DNA of 64,000 bases. Source: Candidatus Latescibacterota bacterium. Its GTDB lineage: Bacteria; Latescibacterota; CBDEFO01. The position numbers and the translations under genes were made by a program. The notes under the pieces were generated by a model. That model was not told where the DNA came from. It did no database searches and worked only from the letters and a program-made list of their open reading frames with translations. The stretch lies in the NCBI GenBank assembly GCA_965237525.1, contig CBDEFO010000008.1, positions 1,472,001 through 1,536,000 on the forward strand, written 5' to 3'. Positions 19,581-29,496 of the stretch are shown here, piece by piece; within the stretch, counting starts at the first letter, position 1; the number at the start of each line of letters is the position of its first letter.

Positions 19581-20340
19581 ATGACAACGAAGAGCCTCTA
19601 CGATTCTCCTGACATCTACGACCAGATCCTCTGTCACAGTCATGAGGTCGTGGCGCAGGAAGTGGGCTTGATCCTGGAACTGATGCGGCGTCATGGAATT
19701 CAGTCGGGCAGGATTCTTGAACTGGCCTGTGGGACCTGCGCGCACACGGTCGAACTGGCCAAACGTGGCTTCGCCTGCTCCGGGATTGATCTGTCGCAGG
19801 CAATGCTCGAAGGCGCGCGCCCTCAGGGCCGGTGTCGAACTCGACCTGCGATCTGCCAACGTCATCGACTTCGAGTGTGCTGAGCCCGTGGATGCGGCGA
19901 TCTTCATGTCAGAGACCTTTCCGCTGATTATCGAGTACGATGACCTCAGGTCTCATTTCGCCGCTGTGCGGCGGGTGCTTCGGCTTGGTGGGCTATACAT
20001 CGTGGATATCGACGCACATCGCCACGGCGTGGGGACCAAATACGAGGTCTGGGGAGAGCGCACCGTCGTGGTCGAAGGTGGCGAAGTCGAGATCTGGCAC
20101 GAGAGCTTCCCCGGTGACTGGGTGCAGGGCATTGCGCACATAAAGATGCACTGCCGGATCAAGCTTGCCGACGGGGTCCATGAGACCGCTGACGAGTGGG
20201 TATTGCGAGTGGATTCGCCGTCGAACCTGCGTGTCCTGGTCGAGTCACTTGACGACTGGAGTGTGGATGGGTTCTATTCTTGGCGTGATTGTTCCCAGGA
20301 GCTTCAGGAGGAGAGGCACTGTTTCATGGTTCTCAAGTAG
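19581..20340 (+). pseudogene. Class I SAM-dependent methyltransferase, frameshifted (cassette 4)
   Basis: RILELACGT...GIDLSQAML in ORF 19581; the C-terminal half lies in the frame of ORF 19693, shift near 19812-19822. Bounded by GTTGTGCGGCC (19564) and GGCCGCACAAC (20343). Confidence 0.85.
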
Positions 20341-20342
20341 AA

Positions 20343-20412
20343 GGCCGCACAACCACGGGATGCAGCAGACGTCCCGCAGGGAAGCCGGAAGGAAAATGGT
20401 GGCGGGACGCTG
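20343..20412 (+). other. attC-like site, right end lost
   Basis: GCACAAC-CACGGGATGCAGCAGACGTCCCGC...GCGGGACGCTG; the arms pair with one extrahelical base. Confidence 0.7.
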
Positions 20413-20694
20413 GGCGATTCTCCTTTCGCGGTTTGTTGTCACATACTTTCCCACCTGGGGTGGCGGGGAGCCAGGAAATGAGCGCGGCGCTTCGCCCTTA
20501 CATTTTGCTGTAATTACACCAGATAGTAACGGAATCGAGATCGCTTCTTTCCCTCCGGTTGACCTCCGATAGATTCAATCGGGGGCAGGAGTCGCATTGA
20601 CATGTTTGCATTTCGTCTTCGGTCATAGCAAGCTTTTACTGGGGTCATTGCCAGGTATAGAGTCACGAAGCAATCTCAAGGAGGGAGAAACAGG

Positions 20695-22620
20695 ATGCGT
20701 CAAGCAGCGCCGCACGGCTCCTGGAAGTCGCCGATTACGTCGGATCTGATCGTCTCCGATAGTATCGGTCTGGGGGAGATTGAGCTTGACGGCGGAGATG
20801 TCTACTGGGTCGAGATGCGCCCGGGGGAGGGCGGACGGAACGTCATCGTGCGGAGGACTCCAGATGGGCGAACGACCGATGTCACGCCGTCTCCCTTCAA
20901 CGCCCGGACGCGTGCCCACGAGTACGGGGGCGGCGCCTTCGCCGTTTCCCAGGGAACAGTCTACTTTTCAAACTTCGCTGATCAGCGCCTCTACCGCCAG
21001 GATCCCGACGCTCAGCCAAGGCCGATCACTCCCGAGGCCGATCTGCGTTATGCCGATGGCACCATTGACAAGTTTAGGGGAAGGATGATCTGCGTATGTG
21101 AGGACCACACCCACAGCGGGAGCGAGGCTGTCAATAGCCTTGTGAGCCTGGACCTTGGAGGTGACGGAGACCGTCAGGTCCTCGTCTCCGGAAGCGACTT
21201 CTACTCCTCACCGCGCCTTAGCCCGGATGGATCTCATCTGGCATGGCTTAGCTGGAACCACCCGAACATGCCGTGGGACGGGACAGAACTCTGGGTCGGA
21301 GAGTTGAAGGCGGACGGCTCACTGGGTGAATCTGAGAGAGTCGCGGGGGACATTGGCGAATCCATCTGCCAGCCGGAGTGGTCGCCGGATGGAAACATTT
21401 ACTTTGTCTCCGACCGGAGCGGCTGGTGGAATCTCTACCGCTTTAGAGACGGGCAGGTGGAGGTTTTAGTCCAGATGGAGGCCGAATTCGGAGTTCCAGG
21501 ATGGCTCTTCGGGATGTGCACCTATGCCTTCGAGTCGGAGGATTGCATCGTCTGCACCTACACCAGACACGGGGCATGGAGCCTGGCGAGCATCGACACA
21601 GCGTCGCACAATCTGGAGCCGATTCAGACTCCTTACTCCCATATCTCGGACCTCAAGGCGGCCCCGGGGCGTGTCGCCTTCTGTGCCGGATCGCCGACTG
21701 AAGCTACATCCATCTGCCATCTCGACCTTGCTTCAGAGCGGATAGATGTGCTGCGCCGATCCAGCGAAATAGCGATTGAACCGGGATATCTCTCGATCCC
21801 GGAGGCGATTGAGTTTCCGACCGAGCAGGGACTCACAGCGTACGCCTTCTTCTATGGGCCAGAGAATCATGACTGCGTGGCTCCGGAGGGAGAGTTGCCC
21901 CCGCTGATTGTCAAGAGTCACGGCGGGCCGACAAGTTCAACCTCAAGCGCTCTCAAGTTAGAGATTCAGTACTGGACCAGCCGCGGATTCGGCGTCCTGG
22001 ATGTGAACTACGGCGGCAGCACTGGCTACGGAAGGGCGTATCGCGGTAGGCTGGATGGCCAGTGGGGAGTCGTTGACGTTGACGATTGCGCAAGCGGGGC
22101 GCGTTACCTCGTAGAAAGGGGCGAAGTAGACGGCGATCGGCTCGTGATCAAGGGAGGCAGTGCGGGCGGCTATACGACGCTATGTGCGCTGGCATTCCGC
22201 GATGTCTTCCAGGTCGGCGCGAGCTACTATGGAGTCAGCGATTTAGAGGCATTAACACGAGAGACGCACAAGTTCGAGTCGCGCTATCTGGATCGGCTGA
22301 TCGGTCCATACCCCGAGCGTCGCGATCTCTACCGAGAGCGTTCGCCCATCCATTTTACCGATCAGCTCTCGTGCCCGATGATCCTCTTCCAGGGGCTCGA
22401 AGACGAAGTTGTCCCGCCCAATCAGGCCGAGTTGATGGTCGAGGCTGTGCGCAGGAAAGGATTGCCCGTCGCATACGTCCCGTTCGAGGGCGAGCAGCAC
22501 GGTTTCCGCAGCGCCCAGAACACAAAGCGCGCCCTCGACGCTGAACTCTACTTCTACTGGCAGGTCTTCGGCTTCGAACTGGCCGATCAGGTCGAGCCAG
22601 TGCCGATCCACAATCTGTAG
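20695..22620 (+). CDS. S9 family (prolyl oligopeptidase/acylaminoacyl) peptidase
   Basis: [23 protein letters not shown] nucleophile; DEVV; EQHGF. Confidence 0.95.
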   Translation: MRQAAPHGSWKSPITSDLIVSDSIGLGEIELDGGDVYWVEMRPGEGGRNVIVRRTPDGRTTDVTPSPFNARTRAHEYGGGAFAVSQGTVYFSNFADQRLYRQDPDAQPRPITPEADLRYADGTIDKFRGRMICVCEDHTHSGSEAVNSLVSLDLGGDGDRQVLVSGSDFYSSPRLSPDGSHLAWLSWNHPNMPWDGTELWVGELKADGSLGESERVAGDIGESICQPEWSPDGNIYFVSDRSGWWNLYRFRDGQVEVLVQMEAEFGVPGWLFGMCTYAFESEDCIVCTYTRHGAWSLASIDTASHNLEPIQTPYSHISDLKAAPGRVAFCAGSPTEATSICHLDLASERIDVLRRSSEIAIEPGYLSIPEAIEFPTEQGLTAYAFFYGPENHDCVAPEGELPPLIVKSHGGPTSSTSSALKLEIQYWTSRGFGVLDVNYGGSTGYGRAYRGRLDGQWGVVDVDDCASGARYLVERGEVDGDRLVIKGGSAGGYTTLCALAFRDVFQVGASYYGVSDLEALTRETHKFESRYLDRLIGPYPERRDLYRERSPIHFTDQLSCPMILFQGLEDEVVPPNQAELMVEAVRRKGLPVAYVPFEGEQHGFRSAQNTKRALDAELYFYWQVFGFELADQVEPVPIHNL

Positions 22621-22751
22621 GACAGTTCTGTGCAACTCCCTTAAAGAGTGGTGATGTAGGAATATTTGGATTTGACAGGGTAGAAGGCTTTAGTCTGATA
22701 TTGATCTTAATACCGAAAATGCGCCGAGCGTAGTCTGGCTTTATTTCATAT

Positions 22752-22884
22752 TTCGTCCTTTTTCTGGATGTGTTCGGGACTACGTCCACTTCAGCTAATT
22801 CTACATTCTATCTGGACAGCGATTGAGAGATCGGTCCGTATGACATTGTGATTGTTCTGGGTGATTGTTCTGGATATATTCGGG
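22752..22884 (+). pseudogene. Decayed paired EF-hand/dockerin-like tail
   Basis: FVLFLDVFGTTSTSANSTFYLDSD*EIGPYDIVIVL..DIFG aligns with the tail of 2624..3919. Confidence 0.7.
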
Positions 22885-22974
22885 ACATGAGGATGATTTT
22901 TAGAGTCGTCTATTGAGCAGAACGCTGAGTGGAGATCCCTCATTACATTAACCCAAAAATAAAGGGGGACTGAT

Positions 22975-24117
22975 ATGAAGTCTATTCGATCTTCTAATCA
23001 TAGATCGCAGTCAACGCAGGCCACAGAACTCACCCGTCGTGAATTTACCCATAAGATGAGTGTTGCTGCTTTAGGGGCCGGAGCATTGTTAAGCCCTGAT
23101 GTTGCAAGTTCCGGATCTACTACTGCTTCAGACGACATGAAATATAGAACACTGGGTAAAACGGGAATCCGCGTCTCAGAGATGGGCTTTGGATCTCATG
23201 TCACACAGGAAAATAGGGATGATCCCAAGGCCAGAGAAGCTCAGATTAGAAAGGGCTTAGAGTTAGGTATTAACCTCTTCGACATCTATGAGCACAATAT
23301 TCATCAGTTTGATCTGATGAGCGAAGTGTTGGGACCAGTGCGCAAGGATGTTGTGATATCTCTAGTCGCCGTGCAGAACGACACCATGGCGGAAATCGAA
23401 TTTGCCTTGAACACCTTCAACACCGATTACATCGATCTCTATCGCATCTACTCCGGAGGGGCCAGTGGGACAGCCAGTCTTGCTCGTTTCGAGGCTTTGC
23501 AGCGGGCCAAGGAACAGGGTAAGATAAGAGCCATTGGGGCAACGAACCACGATCAAGAAAGGTTGCTGGAGATACTTAGCACCTATCCGGAATTGGACTA
23601 CCTGTTGGTTCCGTATAACTTCCGGCATCAGAGACTCTCTCCTGTCAACTCCGTCAAAGCCGCCTCCGGAGGACAGGTCAAGTCTAGGGAGTCTGCTGCC
23701 CGAGCACCGAAAGCTGTTCGACAGACTGTCGACTGCTTCTTCGAGCCTTGTGATGACCCCGACTTTCCCTCCCGGGTCAGAGAAGCCGGCGTGGGGCTCA
23801 TAGGGATCAAGCCCTTTGCCGGAGGAGCTTTGCTGAAATTGCAACCCTCCGATCCCCTCTTAGCGGAGCTGAAGGGCGTCGAGGCAAGTCTCCCTCAGGC
23901 GGCATTGAGGCTTATCCTTGAAGCCAAGGAGATTTCCAGCACGATCCCAGCGATGAATTCTATAGATGAGATTGTGGAGAACGTAGGAGCGACGCAGCGT
24001 GATGGGTTATGTGAGTCGGACGTGCGGCTTTTGCAGATCTATGCACAAGCAGCGGAGCAGTCCCAAGGAGCATACCTGCCGGAGAAGTATAAGTGGCTTG
24101 AGGGGTGGAAGACATAA
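22975..24117 (+). CDS. Aldo/keto reductase with a twin-arginine (Tat) signal
   Basis: LTRREF followed by a hydrophobic stretch; MKYRTLGKTGIRVSEMGFG; GINLFD; TDYIDLY; GKIRAIG. Confidence 0.85.
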   Translation: MKSIRSSNHRSQSTQATELTRREFTHKMSVAALGAGALLSPDVASSGSTTASDDMKYRTLGKTGIRVSEMGFGSHVTQENRDDPKAREAQIRKGLELGINLFDIYEHNIHQFDLMSEVLGPVRKDVVISLVAVQNDTMAEIEFALNTFNTDYIDLYRIYSGGASGTASLARFEALQRAKEQGKIRAIGATNHDQERLLEILSTYPELDYLLVPYNFRHQRLSPVNSVKAASGGQVKSRESAARAPKAVRQTVDCFFEPCDDPDFPSRVREAGVGLIGIKPFAGGALLKLQPSDPLLAELKGVEASLPQAALRLILEAKEISSTIPAMNSIDEIVENVGATQRDGLCESDVRLLQIYAQAAEQSQGAYLPEKYKWLEGWKT

Positions 24118-24314
24118 GTTTTCCTCACCTGCAGGATTTTCTCTTTGATTGCACGCGGAAAGTCCTCTTGAATTGTGTTAGTGGGAACAGGATAAAAACA
24201 CTTGTACAAGGTTATCCCTGGGACTATAAGTAGCTTTCTGGCGCACTTTTCTGCAGGAGACGATTCGCCCTGCTTCAGGATCCCCTTCAGGTAATATTTT
24301 TTCATGGCATCCCT

Positions 24315-24339
24315 GGATTCCCGTTTGCACGGGAATGAC
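24315..24339. repeat. Short palindrome GGATTCCCG-N-CGGGAATGAC
   Basis: ggattcccgtttgcacgggaatgac; identical copy at 29462-29486. Confidence 0.7.
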
Positions 24340-24349
24340 AATTCTTGAA

Positions 24350-26323
24350 ATGATCTCAACTGAAAGACAGACTCTATCCGACGCACAAGCAACTAAATCT
24401 TCAGGTGTTACGTTCAGGTCTGTTTTTATCGGAGCGCTGTTATCACTCTTTATAGGTATTGCTGTTCCCTATTCCAATATGATCATCAAGGGGACACTCC
24501 TTGCCCATAATTTCAGCACTCCCGCCGCCCTGTTTGTCTTCTTCATCTTAGTTGCGATCATCAACGTGATTTTAGGCGCCCTGCGAAGGAGCTTTGCCCT
24601 CAGCCGTCCAGAGTTAGCTACAGTCTATATTATGGCGATGATCGCTACAGCTATACCCACCATCGGATTCTCCGAATACGTCCTGCCTATCATCACTGGC
24701 CTTTACTATTTTGCCACGCCTGAGAACGACTGGGAAATTCTTATTCATCCCAATGTGCCAGAGTGGATTACACCTAATGATCCTGATGCCATAAAGTATT
24801 TCTATGAGGGACTTCCTGAAGGCCAGTCTGTGCCCTGGAACGAATGGTTTGAGCCGATATTTTACTGGTGTCTGTTCATTGTCACGCTCTATCTTGTGAT
24901 GATTTGTATGATGATAATTTTGAGGAAGCAGTGGATGGAGAGAGAAAGGTTGCTCTATCCTCTGGTTCAGGTCCCTCTGGAGATGATACAGGACGATGAG
25001 AGGGGCTCCCTTATCAAGCCTTTCTTTAAGAATCCGGTTATGTGGATCGGTTTTGCCATTCCCTTTATGATAGAGAATGTCAATGCCTTGCACAGTTACT
25101 TCCCTTTCATCCCGCGTATTGAAATAGGCACTAGTCTGTCGCTGTTCAGGAATACTATAGGGCTGAACCTCTTTTTCAACTTACCGCTTATCGGATTTGC
25201 GTATCTCTTGAATCGCGACATTGCATTAGGATTCTGGCTCTTTTTTCTTCTGACGCTACTAGAAAGGGGCACATTCAGAATTATTGGCTTTCAGAGCACA
25301 GAGGATTTGAGCAGGTTTGCGGAGTTGGTCGGTCCCTACCTTGCGCATCAGACGATGGGAGCTATGATAGTGTTAGTGCTCTCAGGGCTATGGGTAGCCA
25401 GAGGACATCTTAAAGATGTATTCAGGAAAGCCTTCAGGGGAGACCCAGATGTAGATGATTCAGGGGAGGTGCTATCGTATCGAACAGCCGTTTTTGGGCT
25501 TTTGATCGGGCTTATTCTTATGAGCATCTGGCTCTGGAAATCGGGTTTCCCCCTCTGGATCGTGCCTATATTCTTATTTGCAGTCTTTATTATATTTACA
25601 GCCGTAACCAGAGCGGTGATAGAGGGAGGTGCGTCGGTCATCAGGTCGCCCATAATGCCCTCAGACTTCGTCGTTTCGGGATTGGGGACGAGTGTTTTGG
25701 GATCGTCCGGGCTGGTAGCTTTAGCCTTTACGTATGTCTGGAGCGCCAATATCCGCATCTTCTTTATGCCCTGTTTTGCTAATGCGCTGAAATTAGCAGA
25801 GGAGATAAAGGGGAGTAAAAGACCTTTAATTTGGGCAGTGGCAGTAGCTATAGCAGTCACCTTAGCAGGGTCTATATGGGAGATTATGACTATATCTCAC
25901 AAGCACGGAGGGATCAATCTCCACGACTTCTGGTTCATCGCTGTTCCTCAAAATGCTTTCAGGTATATAGCCCCTAAATTTGCCGATCCTGTCGCGGTGA
26001 ATATTGGGGGATGGGTCTTTACGGCTATCGGCGCTCTGCTAATGGGTCTCTTGACTTTTGTCAGGTATCGGTTTTTGTGGTGGCCTGTACACCCTCTCGG
26101 ATTTGCCACCAGCACCTTCTATATTATGAATTGGGTCTGGTTTTCTGTGTTTTTGGCGTGGCTCTTCAAGACGGTAATTCTTAAATATGGTGGCTCGCTG
26201 TTGTATAGAAGGACGAGGCCCTTCTTCCTGGGATTGATTTTGGGGGCGGTATTTGTTGCGGGGATGTGGTTGGTAATAGACTTTTTCACAGGAAAGACCG
26301 AAAATGGCCTTGGATATTTTTGA
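24350..26323 (+). CDS. DUF6785/DUF6784-like polytopic membrane protein, putative peptide transporter (paralogue 1)
   Basis: About 16 hydrophobic segments; LRKQWMERERLLYPL; RYRFLWWPVHPLGF; KYGG...RPFFLGLILG. Start codon uncertain. Confidence 0.75.
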   Translation: MISTERQTLSDAQATKSSGVTFRSVFIGALLSLFIGIAVPYSNMIIKGTLLAHNFSTPAALFVFFILVAIINVILGALRRSFALSRPELATVYIMAMIATAIPTIGFSEYVLPIITGLYYFATPENDWEILIHPNVPEWITPNDPDAIKYFYEGLPEGQSVPWNEWFEPIFYWCLFIVTLYLVMICMMIILRKQWMERERLLYPLVQVPLEMIQDDERGSLIKPFFKNPVMWIGFAIPFMIENVNALHSYFPFIPRIEIGTSLSLFRNTIGLNLFFNLPLIGFAYLLNRDIALGFWLFFLLTLLERGTFRIIGFQSTEDLSRFAELVGPYLAHQTMGAMIVLVLSGLWVARGHLKDVFRKAFRGDPDVDDSGEVLSYRTAVFGLLIGLILMSIWLWKSGFPLWIVPIFLFAVFIIFTAVTRAVIEGGASVIRSPIMPSDFVVSGLGTSVLGSSGLVALAFTYVWSANIRIFFMPCFANALKLAEEIKGSKRPLIWAVAVAIAVTLAGSIWEIMTISHKHGGINLHDFWFIAVPQNAFRYIAPKFADPVAVNIGGWVFTAIGALLMGLLTFVRYRFLWWPVHPLGFATSTFYIMNWVWFSVFLAWLFKTVILKYGGSLLYRRTRPFFLGLILGAVFVAGMWLVIDFFTGKTENGLGYF

Positions 26324-26581
26324 GGGCTGGTCTGGATACGATGGACGGTGGGCGACGTGCTGCGCATTTACAAGCTGACAAGAGGGTACGGTTTCCAGAG
26401 GGGCCTTTTCGTCGATTTTTTCCCCACTAGATAGATCTATTCCTCCTGGCACACAGAGAGATCTATTTCTCCGAACAACAAGCCACAGACGTGATGACTA
26501 AGCCATGTAAATTCGGGAGTTTTCCGCCGCGCTTTTTTGCAGGAGACGATTCGCCCTGCTTCAGGATTCACCTTTTTTAAA

Positions 26582-28555
26582 ATGATCTCAACACAAAGAC
26601 AGACTCTATCCGACGCGCAAGCAACTAAAGGTTCAGGTATTACGTTCAGGGCTGTTTTCATCGGAGCGCTGTTATCGCTCTTTATAGGTATAGCTGTTCC
26701 CTATTCCAGTATGATCACTAAGGGGACGCGGTTTGCTCATAATTTCAGCGCTCCTGCCGCCCTGTTTGTCTTCTTCATCTTGGTTGCGATCATCAACGTG
26801 ATTTTAGGCGCCCTGAGAAGGAGCTTTGCCCTCAGCCGCGCAGAGTTAGCTACAATCTATATTATGGTGATGATCGCAACAGCTATACCCACCGTTGGAT
26901 TTTCCCAATACGTCCTGCCTATCATCATTGGTCTTTACTATTTTGCCACACCTGAGAACGACTGGGTAAACCTTATTCATCCCAATGTGCCAGAGTGGAT
27001 AACACCCAAGGATCCGGAAGCAATAAGGTATTTCTATGAGGGTCTTCCTGAAGGCCAGTCTGTGCCTTGGGACGAATGGTTTGAGCCGATATTTTACTGG
27101 TGTCTTTTTATTGTCACCCTCTATTTTGTGATGATATGTGTGATGATAATCTTGAGGAAGCAGTGGATGGAGACAGAAAGGTTGCTCTATCCGTTAGTCC
27201 AGGTCCCCCTGGAGATGATACAGGACGATGACAGCGGCTCCCTTATGAAACCTCTCTTTAAGAATCCGATTATGTGGGCCGGTTTTGCCATTCCCTTTAT
27301 GATAGAGAATGTCAATGCCTTGCACAATTACTTGCCTTTCCTCCCGAATATAGTCACATACACCGGTCTGTCGCTGTTCAGGAATACTACATGGCTGCTT
27401 CTCTATTTGAACGTACCGCTGATCGGATTTGCGTATCTTTTGAATCGCGACATTGCATTGGGATTCTGGCTCTTTTTTCTTCTGTTGATAGCAGAAAAGG
27501 GCACATTCAGAATTATTGGCTTTCAGAGCACAGAGAATTTGAGCAGATTTGCAAATTCGGTCGGCCCTTACTTTGCGCATCAGACGATGGGAGCTATGAT
27601 AGTGTTGGTGTTGTCAGGGCTATGGATAGCCAGAGGACATCTTAAAGATGTGTTCAGGAAGGCCTTCAGGGGAGACCCGGATGTAGATGATTCAGGGGAG
27701 GTGCTATCTTATCGAACAGCAGTTTTTGGGCTTTTGATCGGGCTTTTTCTTATGAGCATCTGGCTCTGGAAGTCGGGTCTTCCCCTCTGGATTGTGCCTA
27801 TATTCTTATTTGCAGTCTTTATTGTATTTACAGCCATAACCAGAGCGGTGATAGAGGGAGGTGCATCGGTTATCAGGTCGCCCATAATGCCCTCAGACTT
27901 CGTCGTTTCTGGATTGGGGACGAGTGTTTTGGGATCGTCCGGACTGGTAGCTTTAGCATTCACGTATGTCTGGAGCGCCAATATTCGCATGTTCTTTATG
28001 CCTTGTTTTGCCAATGCGCTGAAATTAGCAGAGGACATAAAGGGAAGTAAAAGATCTCTGATATGGGCGGTGGCAGTAGCTATAGCGGTCACCTTAGCAG
28101 GGTCTATATGGGAGATTATGAGAATATCTTACAAGCATGGCGCGATCAATCTTGACTACTTCTATTTCATTGCTGTTCCTGGAAATGCATTTGGGTATAT
28201 AGCCCCTCTTTTCGCCGATCCTGTCGAGGCGAATATAGGAGGATGGATATTTACGGCTATAGGTGCGCTTCTGATGGGCCTTTTGACGTTTGCCAGGTAT
28301 CGGTTTTTGTGGTGGCCTGTACACCCATTGGGATTTGCCACCAGCACGTTCAATATTATGAATTGGGTCTGGTTTTCTGTATTTTTGGCGTGGCTCTTCA
28401 AGACGATCATTCTCAAGTATGGGGGATCGCTGTTGTATAGAAGGTCGAGGCCATTTTTCCTGGGATTGATTTTGGGGCAGGTAATCGTTGCAGGGATGTG
28501 GTTGGTAATAGATTTTTTCACAGGGATGACCGGAAATAGCCTCGGATATTTTTGA
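26582..28555 (+). CDS. DUF6785/DUF6784-like membrane protein (paralogue 2)
   Basis: Collinear with, and highly similar to, paralogue 1. Confidence 0.75.
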   Translation: MISTQRQTLSDAQATKGSGITFRAVFIGALLSLFIGIAVPYSSMITKGTRFAHNFSAPAALFVFFILVAIINVILGALRRSFALSRAELATIYIMVMIATAIPTVGFSQYVLPIIIGLYYFATPENDWVNLIHPNVPEWITPKDPEAIRYFYEGLPEGQSVPWDEWFEPIFYWCLFIVTLYFVMICVMIILRKQWMETERLLYPLVQVPLEMIQDDDSGSLMKPLFKNPIMWAGFAIPFMIENVNALHNYLPFLPNIVTYTGLSLFRNTTWLLLYLNVPLIGFAYLLNRDIALGFWLFFLLLIAEKGTFRIIGFQSTENLSRFANSVGPYFAHQTMGAMIVLVLSGLWIARGHLKDVFRKAFRGDPDVDDSGEVLSYRTAVFGLLIGLFLMSIWLWKSGLPLWIVPIFLFAVFIVFTAITRAVIEGGASVIRSPIMPSDFVVSGLGTSVLGSSGLVALAFTYVWSANIRMFFMPCFANALKLAEDIKGSKRSLIWAVAVAIAVTLAGSIWEIMRISYKHGAINLDYFYFIAVPGNAFGYIAPLFADPVEANIGGWIFTAIGALLMGLLTFARYRFLWWPVHPLGFATSTFNIMNWVWFSVFLAWLFKTIILKYGGSLLYRRSRPFFLGLILGQVIVAGMWLVIDFFTGMTGNSLGYF

Positions 28556-28713
28556 GGGGGCTGGTCTGGAAAGCTACGGGGACCAGTCCAGACTGGAGAG
28601 CCATTTGTGATCTTTACCTCTGAGCGTATAAAATGTTCCACTGGTAAGCTGAACTGGACTGATCCCAATCGCATTCAGCACCCAAACCCCATTAAGTCCC
28701 GATCCATATAGGT

Positions 28714-29496
28714 TCTGCGCCAGAAGGGACCGCCCGTCTCATACGTCCCGTTCGAGGGCGAACAGCACGGTCTCCGCAGCGCCCGGAACACAAAGCGCGC
28801 CCTCGATGCTGAACTCTACTTCTACTGGCAGGTCTTCGGCTTCGAACTGGCCGAACCGGTTGAGCCAGTGCCGATCCACAATCTGTATGACAGTTCTGTG
28901 CAACTCCCTTAAAGAGTTGTGATGTAGGAATATTTGGATTTGACAGCAGGGAAGGCTTAAGTCTGATATTGATCTGAAGGTGGAAAATGCACCGAGCGTA
29001 GTATGGCTTTATTTCATATTTCGTCCTTTTGCTGGATGTGTTCGGTACTACGTCCACTTCAGCTAATTATACATTCTATCTGGACAGCGATTGAGAGATC
29101 GGTCCGTATGACATTGTGATTGTTCTGGATATATTCGGCAGAGGAGTGGAAGGCATCAGGTTTCCTCACCTGCAGGATTTTCTCTTTGAGTGCATACGGA
29201 AAGTCCTGTTCAATTGTGTAAGTGGGAACAGGATAAAAACTCCTTGTACAAGGTTCTCCCTGCATTGTCGATCTTGGGCCGATCGGGGGAGGCCTGGCCC
29301 CGAATGATTGATCCCCGACCCCCGATAGAGTCAATCGGGGAGGGTTCATCGCTGCGACTATAAGTAGCTTTTATACGTAGCTTTCTGGCGCGCTTTTCTG
29401 CAGGAGCCGATTGGCCTGCTTCAGGATCCACCTTCAGGTAATAGGGTTTCATGGCATCCCTGGATTCCCGTTTGCACGGGAATGACAATTCTTGAA
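28714..29496 (+). repeat. Duplicated segment: S9 peptidase 3' end plus intergenic DNA, with the Tat-AKR gene deleted
   Basis: 28714-29138 matches about 22445-22883, then joins sequence matching 24100-24349. A further degenerate S9 tail lies at about 31626-31732. Confidence 0.85.

Noticed and set aside
24335..24349. ORF-track starts at 24335 and 29482
   Set aside because: The ATG belongs to the palindrome end GGGAATGAC; all three paralogues share MIST as a common start.
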